Shown one piece after another: positions 1-8,506 of a stretch of DNA of 64,000 bases. The position numbers and the translations under genes were made by a program. Where the stretch lies: contig JANRKO010000064.1 in assembly GCA_033763455.1 (NCBI GenBank), positions 1 through 64,000 on the forward strand. Reading direction: 5' to 3'. Origin of the DNA: Polyangiaceae bacterium (GTDB lineage Bacteria; Myxococcota_A; Polyangia; Polyangiales; Polyangiaceae). Position 1 is the first letter of the stretch. Every line of letters starts with the position of its first letter. The notes below the pieces were generated by a model. That model was not told the DNA's origin. It was given only the letters and a program-made list of their open reading frames with translations, and searched no databases.

Positions 1-57
1 CTTGCACGGCACGTCGTAGTGCAACGCTGAGTCTACGATATGCTTGGACCTGATTTG

Positions 58-121
58 CGATGGCTACGCGGGATTTCTGCCGGAATCATGCGACCGCAAT
101 TGTGTATTGCCTTACGATGGC
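58..121. repeat. 7-bp direct repeat (CGATGGC at 58-64 and 115-121) bounding a 57-bp in-frame segment with two stop codons at the 3' end of the Rhs-like gene
   Basis: The minus strand reads ...AAA CTG CCA TCG TAA GGC...GCG TAG CCA TCG CAA ATC..., i.e. GCCATCG(T/C)AA repeated at a distance of 57 nt (19 codons). Confidence 0.6.
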
Positions 122-3100
122 AGTTTGGCGCGTAACATGTAGTCCACTTTTGACCAGAACTCGGGCATGCTCGTGGTGGCGTTGGTTGCACCCGAGGGAG
201 TTGCTGTCGCACGCCCTGATAGATCCGATTGAACCTCAACCAGACTGGATACCCCGTTGGCTGTCTCCGTCATGTTGCGAAGGATTTGTTTTCTGGCCGG
301 ATCGTAGTCGAAGTAGCGTTGGAGTGACGCGCCGCCCTGTTCTGTCATCGATTCAAAGCTGCCGTCGTCGCGATACGTGTAGGTTTGGTTCTGCTTAACG
401 GCGCCGCCCGGCAGCGAGCGATTCCAGCTAGAAAGGCGGTCTAGGGCATCGTACGTGAGCGCGTCGAGGGACGTTTGGGGTAACCCCGTAGGGCCGACAA
501 CCGTGCGCTGCGAGCCTCGCAGATTTCCGTTGGCGTAGTAGTCAAACTGGCGCTGATCGAGCACACGACCCAGGGGATCTTTCAAGTCAACGAAATTGAG
601 CCTTCGGCTCTTTGGATCGTACCGTCGCTGGGCAGCCAGACCGTTCCCGAACGTTTCGCGAGCCACCTGGCCGTCGACATCATACTCCAGGGCTTGATAG
701 TGGGGCGCGTAGTAAACACCCCCGCTGCCAACGAACCAGTGGCGATCATACACCGTCTGCAGGTAGCCATTCTTGTACGTATATCCTAATCCGGAGCTCA
801 ATTCGGTTTGGGTTGAAGCCTGAAGCTTGCTGTACACCCACTGATCGGAGAGGCGACCAAAACCATCGTAGGCGTACTCGGAACCGTATTCGCGCACGTC
901 ACCGGAGAGCGTCATCTTCTTCTGCTGAACCCGCCCGAACGCGTCGTACACGTAAGTTACTTTCACCTGAGGCGCGCCGTTGAGGTCTGAGGCCTGGGTG
1001 GTGCAGAGGGCGCCACTGAGACAAGTGTCGTAGGTGAAGTTTAGCAGCCTGGTTCTGTCCGTTGCGCCAGCACCAGGGCGCTCCAGTTCCGTCGCTCGAG
1101 TCACCCGGCCCACGCGGTCGTACCAGTAGTCAACGGAATCAGTGGGTGTCGAAAGGTTGCTTGTCTCGCCAAACGGAGAGTACGCGAAGGTTCGTGTTCC
1201 CGTGTTCGGGTTACTCAACAGGGTTGTGCGACCAAGGCCGTCAACGGAGATCGAAGTTAGCGTTCCCAGCGGATCTGTGAGTGTGGCTAGGACTCCGAAG
1301 GCTCCGTAGTCGTAGGTTGTGGTAACCGGCGCAGAGGGAGGACGCAGCGATACATTCTGGCGCACGCGACCTGCACTGTCGAATATCAGACGCCGCTCTT
1401 TGCCCTCTTCATCGATTTCCCGCGTCTCCATCAAGTTGGGGTATTCCCAGCGGCGGGCGGAGCCATCGGCGTTGGTTAACAGCAGCGGGCGGCCGAGCGC
1501 ATCCGCTTTGAACTTGACCTGCTCCGCCAAAGTCCCAACCTTCGCCGGGAGAGTGCGCACGGTCTCGCGGTCTTTGTCTCTGAACGTCGTGGATACCGAC
1601 ACCATCGAGCCGTCGAAGTGCTTCCATTGTTCGCCGGTAACGCGTTCGAATCCATCAAAGATTAGGGTCCGCACTTCCCCGGTGTTGGCGCTCTCCGACA
1701 CCGTGAGAGGTCCGGAAGCCGGACCCGGAAATGTTCTGATTGTCTGATAACCGTCGGGGTAAATCGTCGACGTTTGCCGCCCAAAATCGTCCAGGGTCCA
1801 CTTGGTCGTTTGGTTGTTAGGGGGCGTCGTCTCCAGCAGAACACCAAACCCAGGATCGTACTTGAGTCTGGTGACATGATTCTCAGCATTGACGATTCGG
1901 TTCGGATAAACGCCAAGTGCATCGTAGTAGACCTTGGTGGTGCGCGGAGCGAACGGCGAACCTGCAACCGGCGAACGCTCCGTCACCTCGGAAATCATCC
2001 CAAAGGCATTGCGAATGATCCCCACATCCAGTGCTTCGGCAACGGGTCCGCCTGCCTGAATATGAATAGTCTTCGGCCACGGCACCGTGCCCTCGTAATC
2101 GTAGGTCGTTTGGCGAGTGCCTACCTTAGAGCCAACGGTGCTCGTCACAGTGACGCTGCTAACACGCCCAAGGAGCCAATTCGCCGGATCCTTCGCGTAG
2201 GTCGTCGTCTCCGAGCGCACCTCCGAAATTTGGGTCGGTGAGGTTGACGCCCGCGCGACAATTCGCCCCACTGTATTACCGAAGAGGTCGTAGTAAAGGG
2301 TTTCCTGCTGCGAGAGCCCTGAACTTGGAGGGGCCCCTACCTGCTCGGTAAGCTCCTTGGACTCTACGAGCTCGGTGGTGAACGAGGCTTCCCGAAGATC
2401 CGAGCAAGTGGCCTGAGTTTCCGCGATGTTGCTCAATGCTTGTGAGTCTATGTCGCAAAAGTTCAGGGCGGGACCGCTAACGCCGGTGCCCCACGGCTCG
2501 TGGTCATAGTATTTCATTCTCCGGATTTCTTCGTCAGTGAGCCAAGTGGAAGGACGAGGAAACCCAGGCGTATAGCTAAGCGAAGAGGAGCGACGGGAAT
2601 AGTCGAGCTTACGTGCGCAGAAGCGTCGCTCGGTGCGTGTTCGGCGAGTGAGCCCCGAGGGAAGGGGAGTCTCCACGTTCGTTTCTACCGATTGACCAGC
2701 AAACGGGTAAACGTGTCCTGGACACATAGCCACAGCTAGATCATTGCGAAATCTGTCAGTAGTCACAGCCCCGCTTAGGCGATCAGTTTGATACATGCGG
2801 CCGAATCCGACAAACCCCCGACCCAGAACATCCGCCCTCGCGTCCTCGTAGCGATAGCTCAGGTCGTAGTTCGGTTCGGATGCGTTGAGTGAGGCGTACG
2901 CTCGGTGGTTCGCCACAACATCCATCCCGGTCTTCATACAACGCTGCGGGTAAAGGCAGTCGGTTCCAGGGGTGTACACAGAAGGATCGGAGATCGGCAG
3001 GTAGCTCGCGGTGTCGGTGCGGTGCCCGCCGTCAACGACCTGGGTAAGCTTGTCTGGCACTACTTTCCGCACACTGCGTAACATCTGGATCCGAGGCGTT

Positions 3101-6100
3101 TCGGTGGCGTCGCTCCAGGGATCCGCCGTCGTTGGGCGCGTCATTGGAGTACCAAAAATCCCGACTCCATGGATCTCGACCATTTGGTACGAGAACTGTT
3201 TCGGATGCACAACTTGGAAAATTTCCGGGATACCGTTGCCGTCACTGTCACCTGTAGTTGTGCCAGCGAATCCCCTACGCGTCGCTAAGATAACCCCGCC
3301 AGACACCACCTCGTTGTGCTGCAGCCGAAAGACATCGGTGCTTGGTAGGTTCACCGCTGTCCTACCCAACGACCCTCGGTTCAGAAACAATGCCGGCGGG
3401 CCACCAAACGAGGTTACCAAGCCGGTGTAGCCTCCGTATTTTGCAGCGGAATGGTAGGGGGGAATGAGAAGGTCCGCTCGGCCGTCACCATTGAAGTCAA
3501 CCAGCCGATGACTGTCTTTTGTGTCCTTGTGGATTCCCGTTACCGTGCTTGCTATTGGCCAATTGTAGGCTGGCCCAATCCCGGCGCCCGTATTAAGGTC
3601 GGCCGTTAGCAGCAGCGGTGCCTGCTCCCAAGTGCGACTAGCCGGGTCCAACAAACCATCGCCATTCAGGTCGGCGAAGCCCGCCATTTCTTTCACTGAT
3701 ATTCGCGAGGTCCGTGAGTCGAACTGTTGATGAGCCAAGGACTGTCCATGGCGTGTAAGTGAAACAAACCACCCGTACCCTTGAGATGGCATGGCGAAAA
3801 TATCCGTACGCCCGTCATTCATCAGGTCAACCCCTTGGCTTGAAACCCCGCCAACGAAGCGGGCAATGGATGGAAGCCCGCTGCTATCTCCAGGTTCGTA
3901 GTACCAATACTCGGACTGTTGGGTTTGGCTGAGCAGATTGCTAATCTCCGTCTGGCACCTAGAATCCAGCTGCTGGAAGTTGCACCCCGCTAACCGATTT
4001 TGGTGGTACTCCCACCGATCTCGATCTACGTCTGAATCAAGACGGGTGCGCATCAAGTCAGGGAGCCCGTCGGCGTTCATGTCAGCGAACGTGAAGGGCT
4101 GATGGAGTTTACCAGGAGTGCTTGGGATATCGGCAACCCTGGTCAGCCCGGAGCCATTCCAGGAGAATACGCTGAAACGATCATAACGCCCCGCATGATT
4201 CACAATGTATTCGGTGCCGTCGAACAAGGCCAACACTAACTCGTCGGCGCCATCGCCATTCAAGTCCACAGTGCGTGATCGATGAACGTTCAGACCATAC
4301 TCGCCAAAGATCGGGCTGGGGACTACGTTGCTAACATCTACGGGGGGAGCGTAGGGTGCGGGGTTCCCAGCGGGATTTGCGATCTGGACAAACAAGTGCC
4401 ACTTCTCATTCGGCGGAGGCTCCGAACCCGCATACACGAGATCCGTGCGCCCATCTCCGTTCAGATCCGTCGTGATAAGCCTTGTAAATTCAAACCATAG
4501 GGGGAAAAGAGGCATCGCGCCAAGATCCACGACTTCAAACTCGCCAACTGCGTCGTCATAGGTGAATCGAGTCGGTTCCAGACATTGGTTGTCAGAAAGG
4601 TCTGAGTCGTCAGAGTACTTCCTGCCCGTGCAGAACGCCGCAGCTTCGAGTAAGGAACGGCCGGTTGACTCGCTCTGCTTGTACAGGAGGCGATAAGACC
4701 ACAGCTTCGTCTGAGCGGGCGACTGGTCAGTCGCGTATCCCAGAGCAGAGACCTCGCGCAGTCGGTAGTCGATAGACACATTAACGCCGCCTTCGAACAT
4801 CGGAAGGCGATCCGGTTTCAGATCGTAACTGAAAGACATCGAGCCTGTTGGGTAGTTGATGCTAGAAGGAAGCCTGCTCGCCGATCCGACGCCTCCATCT
4901 CCGACTCCTCCCAAAACGTATTTGAAGTCGATCCAATTTCCTGCGCGATCTTCGATGCGGCTCACGTGCCAGCTCCTGACCACCCTTGCACCCTGGTTGA
5001 CGGAATCGGTATCGCGCAGCTTGAGGCCATTACCCTCAGCGAACGCAGCAGGGGACACGGGGCTGTCGGAGTCGTTGTCGCCCCCGAGCACTGCAGTCCC
5101 CGTTGAGTCATCGGTTCCCCCAAGCGTCAGGATGCGGCCGTCCTTTGTTTCAATACGAAAACGTCGCGGTGAGCCATCACTTCGAACACCGCCCTCCGCA
5201 CGGACCCTCGAGTAATCAGCCTGCTGCGTACGGTACTCAAGAAGATCCACCTCGTTGAGCTTTTGTCCATTCAGGCAGTAGCTGTCCGTAGAATCGTAAC
5301 GCACCCTCTCGGAAATTCCGTCGGAAGCCACAGACTTTCGGCAGCGGCTGATGCTCGGAAGCCCGTCCAAAGACCACCCCACCCCAGCGAGGCCATCCCC
5401 GCCTCTGCTGTTGTAAACCAACCGGAGATCCGGTTGCAGGTCGAGACGCCCCTTCGGAGCTCGCAGCGGGATCTCATACTGAAATGCCCCATCTTTGGAC
5501 ACAAGAGCCCGCCCGTCCAACTTGCCGGGCAATGGGATTGCGAAATTGACGTTAACCGGCGTTAGATTTGGGGGTGGGAGTGGCGGACACCCCGTGGGAG
5601 CGATGCAGGTCAGCGACCGCATGAATCCGGGCCATTGAGCGTCGGGAACGCACGCTTGCTTTCCGGACTCCACAAGCGTTCCTCCAAAATTGCAGGTTGG
5701 ATTCGACGTTCGGCAGGCTTGATCACCTAGCGGCATAGACGTGACTTCAGTGCAACCGGCGGCCCCGCAGGTACTGCAGGGCTTGATCCCTTGCGGGCAG
5801 GTCATCGGAGTGCACGTGTATTCCCGAAATAAGTTGGGATTCCCTGCCACCGCCACGCAGGACTTGGTTCCAGGGCTCACCTTTGTCCCGTCAAAGTCAC
5901 ACTTCCATGAGGGTTGAGTGCACGATAAGGGGTCGGCTGCCTTCGTTAATTTGGTTGTGCATTGGGGCTGGCCACATGTACATGTTGTGGTCGGCGGGCA
6001 ACTTGGCGTTTGTGCGGGGGCGGGCGCGCAAGTGGATTGAGTTGGCAACTCCCCGAACGAAACGGTGCGGCACGACGACGCCCCCGGGGCAAGCAAACCC

Positions 6101-6378
6101 CCTCCCGGAATAGCGCAGCGCCAGGACTTGCTCACGCAGTCGTACGTTGGTGCCAGGGATTCTTTTCGTGCACAGATATTTCCCGCACACGAGCAACTCA
6201 CACCGCTAGGTGGTGGTTGACAGAGAGGATCCCCGCCTACCGTACAACCAGCCAGGGCAAAGCTTGTGGTTCGGTCCTGCGACTTCGCCGAGCCGCCTTC
6301 CCGTTCCTTGGAATCGCACCCTCCCGCAAACAGAACAAGGACACCCACCCAGAATAGAATTCTTCTTGCTGCTAACAT
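112..6378 (-). CDS. Large YD/Rhs-repeat protein (SpvB-like N-terminal domain, FG-GAP/VCBS repeats, TcdB-midN-like region, YD repeats) with a putative lipoprotein signal and Cys-rich N-terminus; Rhs core and C-terminal toxin not in the ORF
   Basis: SpvB-like segment GAFQYEIPL..PKGR..LQPDLRLVYNS.GGDGLAGVGWSL; repeated DLNGDGxxD motifs; YRYEDARADVLGRGFVGFG; many YDxxGR repeats. Start moved to the ATG at 6378 (MLAARRILFWVGVLVLFAGG-C); the ORF track starts at 6519. Confidence 0.85.
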   Translation of the reverse strand: MLAARRILFWVGVLVLFAGGCDSKEREGGSAKSQDRTTSFALAGCTVGGDPLCQPPPSGVSCSCAGNICARKESLAPTYDCVSKSWRCAIPGGGLLAPGASSCRTVSFGELPTQSTCAPAPAQTPSCPPTTTCTCGQPQCTTKLTKAADPLSCTQPSWKCDFDGTKVSPGTKSCVAVAGNPNLFREYTCTPMTCPQGIKPCSTCGAAGCTEVTSMPLGDQACRTSNPTCNFGGTLVESGKQACVPDAQWPGFMRSLTCIAPTGCPPLPPPNLTPVNVNFAIPLPGKLDGRALVSKDGAFQYEIPLRAPKGRLDLQPDLRLVYNSRGGDGLAGVGWSLDGLPSISRCRKSVASDGISERVRYDSTDSYCLNGQKLNEVDLLEYRTQQADYSRVRAEGGVRSDGSPRRFRIETKDGRILTLGGTDDSTGTAVLGGDNDSDSPVSPAAFAEGNGLKLRDTDSVNQGARVVRSWHVSRIEDRAGNWIDFKYVLGGVGDGGVGSASRLPSSINYPTGSMSFSYDLKPDRLPMFEGGVNVSIDYRLREVSALGYATDQSPAQTKLWSYRLLYKQSESTGRSLLEAAAFCTGRKYSDDSDLSDNQCLEPTRFTYDDAVGEFEVVDLGAMPLFPLWFEFTRLITTDLNGDGRTDLVYAGSEPPPNEKWHLFVQIANPAGNPAPYAPPVDVSNVVPSPIFGEYGLNVHRSRTVDLNGDGADELVLALFDGTEYIVNHAGRYDRFSVFSWNGSGLTRVADIPSTPGKLHQPFTFADMNADGLPDLMRTRLDSDVDRDRWEYHQNRLAGCNFQQLDSRCQTEISNLLSQTQQSEYWYYEPGDSSGLPSIARFVGGVSSQGVDLMNDGRTDIFAMPSQGYGWFVSLTRHGQSLAHQQFDSRTSRISVKEMAGFADLNGDGLLDPASRTWEQAPLLLTADLNTGAGIGPAYNWPIASTVTGIHKDTKDSHRLVDFNGDGRADLLIPPYHSAAKYGGYTGLVTSFGGPPALFLNRGSLGRTAVNLPSTDVFRLQHNEVVSGGVILATRRGFAGTTTGDSDGNGIPEIFQVVHPKQFSYQMVEIHGVGIFGTPMTRPTTADPWSDATETPRIQMLRSVRKVVPDKLTQVVDGGHRTDTASYLPISDPSVYTPGTDCLYPQRCMKTGMDVVANHRAYASLNASEPNYDLSYRYEDARADVLGRGFVGFGRMYQTDRLSGAVTTDRFRNDLAVAMCPGHVYPFAGQSVETNVETPLPSGLTRRTRTERRFCARKLDYSRRSSSLSYTPGFPRPSTWLTDEEIRRMKYYDHEPWGTGVSGPALNFCDIDSQALSNIAETQATCSDLREASFTTELVESKELTEQVGAPPSSGLSQQETLYYDLFGNTVGRIVARASTSPTQISEVRSETTTYAKDPANWLLGRVSSVTVTSTVGSKVGTRQTTYDYEGTVPWPKTIHIQAGGPVAEALDVGIIRNAFGMISEVTERSPVAGSPFAPRTTKVYYDALGVYPNRIVNAENHVTRLKYDPGFGVLLETTPPNNQTTKWTLDDFGRQTSTIYPDGYQTIRTFPGPASGPLTVSESANTGEVRTLIFDGFERVTGEQWKHFDGSMVSVSTTFRDKDRETVRTLPAKVGTLAEQVKFKADALGRPLLLTNADGSARRWEYPNLMETREIDEEGKERRLIFDSAGRVRQNVSLRPPSAPVTTTYDYGAFGVLATLTDPLGTLTSISVDGLGRTTLLSNPNTGTRTFAYSPFGETSNLSTPTDSVDYWYDRVGRVTRATELERPGAGATDRTRLLNFTYDTCLSGALCTTQASDLNGAPQVKVTYVYDAFGRVQQKKMTLSGDVREYGSEYAYDGFGRLSDQWVYSKLQASTQTELSSGLGYTYKNGYLQTVYDRHWFVGSGGVYYAPHYQALEYDVDGQVARETFGNGLAAQRRYDPKSRRLNFVDLKDPLGRVLDQRQFDYYANGNLRGSQRTVVGPTGLPQTSLDALTYDALDRLSSWNRSLPGGAVKQNQTYTYRDDGSFESMTEQGGASLQRYFDYDPARKQILRNMTETANGVSSLVEVQSDLSGRATATPSGATNATTSMPEFWSKVDYMLRAKLPS

Positions 6379-6442
6379 ACGTACAAGCTCCCGCCCAAAG
6401 GCCTCACCCACTTGTTGAATATCAGATGCACAACGCGTCAAT

Positions 6443-6460
6443 GGTGACATTACGATGACT
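6443..6460 (-). promoter_or_regulatory. Putative Pho box upstream of the Rhs-like gene
   Basis: Minus strand aGTCATcgtaatGTCACc: two GTCAY half-sites 11 bp apart, about 65 bp before the ATG at 6378. Confidence 0.55.
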
Positions 6461-6812
6461 TTCGGAGGTGAGGGAAAACCAGGGAAAACCCCAGTGCCGC
6501 GATTCCACCTTTTCGCCAAACGCCTGCGAACGCCCAGGTTGGCTGAGCGAAATGGCGCCCATTGCTAGAAACGGCATATGGATGAGCCAAGCTCGATCTG
6601 ATACTGGCGCCCGCCACTGAAGGTGCCTTGTGCCGCGCCACCCGGACACGGGAAGGCCCTTGCGCACAACCTCCCTCCAGCCCATTCCACAACAACCAGC
6701 CGCTCTCCTTGCGACTGTCACGCCCGCTAGGCGCCACCCTTAATCAGGTTCGTGTTCATCGGCTCGCGTTTTCGCCCCCGCGTCCCACAGTCGGTGCCCA
6801 TGCTGGGCGCGC

Positions 6813-6843
6813 AAAAAAGGCCGGCAACTCTCGTCGCCGGCCC
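6813..6843 (-). terminator. Rho-independent terminator after the lipoprotein gene
   Basis: Minus strand GGCCGGCGAC-GAGA-GTTGCCGGCC followed by TTTTTT, about 25 bp past the stop at 6868. Confidence 0.85.
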
Positions 6844-6867
6844 TTCTTACTGGGGAGCCTTACTTCC

Positions 6868-8352
6868 TCAGTTCTTGGACCAATCTACCCATTTTCCGGT
6901 CATCCAGTTGCCGTTGGTGAATGCGCCACGGGTAGTAAAGCTGGTGACGGTCGAGGCTGGAGCTCCATCCTGAATGCACTCAGCTGCTGTGAAACCTGCG
7001 CTTGTCGTGTTATTGCCTGCTCCGGCGCCAAAGAATACTGTTTCGTCAAAACCAAAGTCGTTGTCTCCTTCGCCCGCGTTTGCGATGTCACCAAGGCGCA
7101 TACCAAACAGGCTCGCGTTGACTATGGTCACGTACGGAGCGTTCGTCGTGCCCGCGTCGTCCCTCATGTCAAAACCATAGTCGAAACCACTTGCCACCCA
7201 GCTATCAATACTCGCGGCAGTCCCTCGGCGAAACACTCCGCCGTACGTTACCTTGCCAACCTGTTCAACGCCGAAGCCGCAAAGCGTAACGTTTGAGACA
7301 ACCGGGCGTGTCCTTGGCAAGTTGGCTTGACCATCCTTGAAATTGTCCCACTCGAACCCGGTTGGGTCACCCGAAGCATTCGCAAACTTACGTCCAAACA
7401 GGTAGCTAAGCGTACCCACGTAGCCGCGGTCTATGTCGAACGCATCATCCCCATCACCGTTGCAGATCAAGTGGCTAGCATTCACGGCGCCACCGAACCA
7501 CTCGAAGCAGTCATCGAGCCCATTGCTCACTTCGATATGGTCAATAGTCGTCCCGCTACCAACAGAGCCGAAGGTCAACCCGTTCAGCTCCACGTCCTTG
7601 GCCAGTTGGTAGCCCGCAAACTCGATTCGCACGTACTTCATGGTGCCGCTGTTGTCAGTATTATCTGCCCCACCGTGCTTGTTGAGTGGGTCGTCCGCCA
7701 GGCCCTCGACAAGTACGTTTGTGCTGTTGCCATTGCTCACCTGATTGTTAATTCCATGGCCCAACAGCACCACGCCACCCCAGTCGCCCGCAGCTCGGGC
7801 ACCAGGGGCCGCAGTCGATGTGAAGAGAATTGGCTCTTCGGCAGTACCCACAGCCTGGATCTTGGAACTTCGGGCGATGATGAGTGCGCCCAGGGGCTCC
7901 TTGGTGCCTTCGATACGCGTGCACTTCTCAATAGTAAGGGTTGCGTTGTTGTGGACGCGGATCTTGTCCTTCAGCACCCACACTTTGTCTGCAGTGAAAG
8001 TGGTGTCCGCGGCTATGTCGGCTATAACGTCCACCCGCGTCTTGCCTACACCGGAGAGGTCGCACGCCACTGCTGGGGCTCCGCCCGTGCCCGTGCCGCC
8101 CGTCTGCTCCGCTCCGCCCGTACCGACACCAGCCGTTCCCCCCGCTTGAGTCGCTCCACCTGCGGCTGATGCCGCTCCACCTGCGGCTGATGCCGCTCCA
8201 CCTGAACTTGCAGCCTTACCGCCGGCAGCGGAGGCGCCACCAGTTGTCGGGTTATTGAGGGATGGTGTCTTCGCGTCATCGCTGCAGGCAATCGCTAGGA
8301 GCGGCAGGGCGGCGACGCTGGCGCCAAGGACCAACAATCTTGAAAAACGCAT
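6868..8352 (-). CDS. TBDR-associated surface lipoprotein, probable right-handed beta-helix (pectin-lyase-like) fold, Gly/Ala-rich linker
   Basis: ATG at 8352 with AGGAGA RBS; lipobox LAIA-C; motifs GDWGGVVLLG, DNSGTMKYVRIEFAG, ELNGLTFGSVGSGT, DDCFEWFGG, DDDAFDID. The fold assignment is inference. Confidence 0.7.
   Translation of the reverse strand: MRFSRLLVLGASVAALPLLAIACSDDAKTPSLNNPTTGGASAAGGKAASSGGAASAAGGAASAAGGATQAGGTAGVGTGGAEQTGGTGTGGAPAVACDLSGVGKTRVDVIADIAADTTFTADKVWVLKDKIRVHNNATLTIEKCTRIEGTKEPLGALIIARSSKIQAVGTAEEPILFTSTAAPGARAAGDWGGVVLLGHGINNQVSNGNSTNVLVEGLADDPLNKHGGADNTDNSGTMKYVRIEFAGYQLAKDVELNGLTFGSVGSGTTIDHIEVSNGLDDCFEWFGGAVNASHLICNGDGDDAFDIDRGYVGTLSYLFGRKFANASGDPTGFEWDNFKDGQANLPRTRPVVSNVTLCGFGVEQVGKVTYGGVFRRGTAASIDSWVASGFDYGFDMRDDAGTTNAPYVTIVNASLFGMRLGDIANAGEGDNDFGFDETVFFGAGAGNNTTSAGFTAAECIQDGAPASTVTSFTTRGAFTNGNWMTGKWVDWSKN
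8152..8204. repeat. 21-bp coding tandem repeat (~2.5 copies, GGAASAA linker)
   Basis: GCCGCTCCACCTGCGGCTGAT unit repeated head to tail. Confidence 0.8.
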
Positions 8353-8405
8353 TGATGAAGTTCTCCTGTTATTCAATGTCTGAAACACCCTTTTGCCGCC
8401 ACTCA

Positions 8406-8443
8406 ATGACGATCACGTGCTCAGATTGTGACTTTCGCGTAGC
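8406..8443 (-). promoter_or_regulatory. Putative Pho-box array upstream of the lipoprotein gene
   Basis: Minus strand GCTAC-gcgaaa-GTCAC-aatctg-AGCAC-gtgatc-GTCAT: four half-sites at exact 11-bp pitch, two of them perfect. Confidence 0.55.
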
Positions 8444-8506
8444 ATCCAACGAGGGGGCGCCCCACGGCCGGTTGGCGGTTTCCTCCAGGCTTACGTGTGC
8501 AGCGGC

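Noticed and set aside
6379..6519. Upstream extension of the Rhs ORF to 6519
   Set aside because: It would bury the signal peptide behind 47 residues and runs through the putative promoter and Pho box.
6471..6660. Cobalamin-riboswitch-like words on the + strand (AGGGAA, CCCGCCACTG, GCCAC...GGGAAGG)
   Set aside because: The spacing between the elements is far too long, the 3' AGYCAGRAGAC element is missing, and there is no + strand gene downstream. An Infernal search with the Rfam Cobalamin model would settle it.
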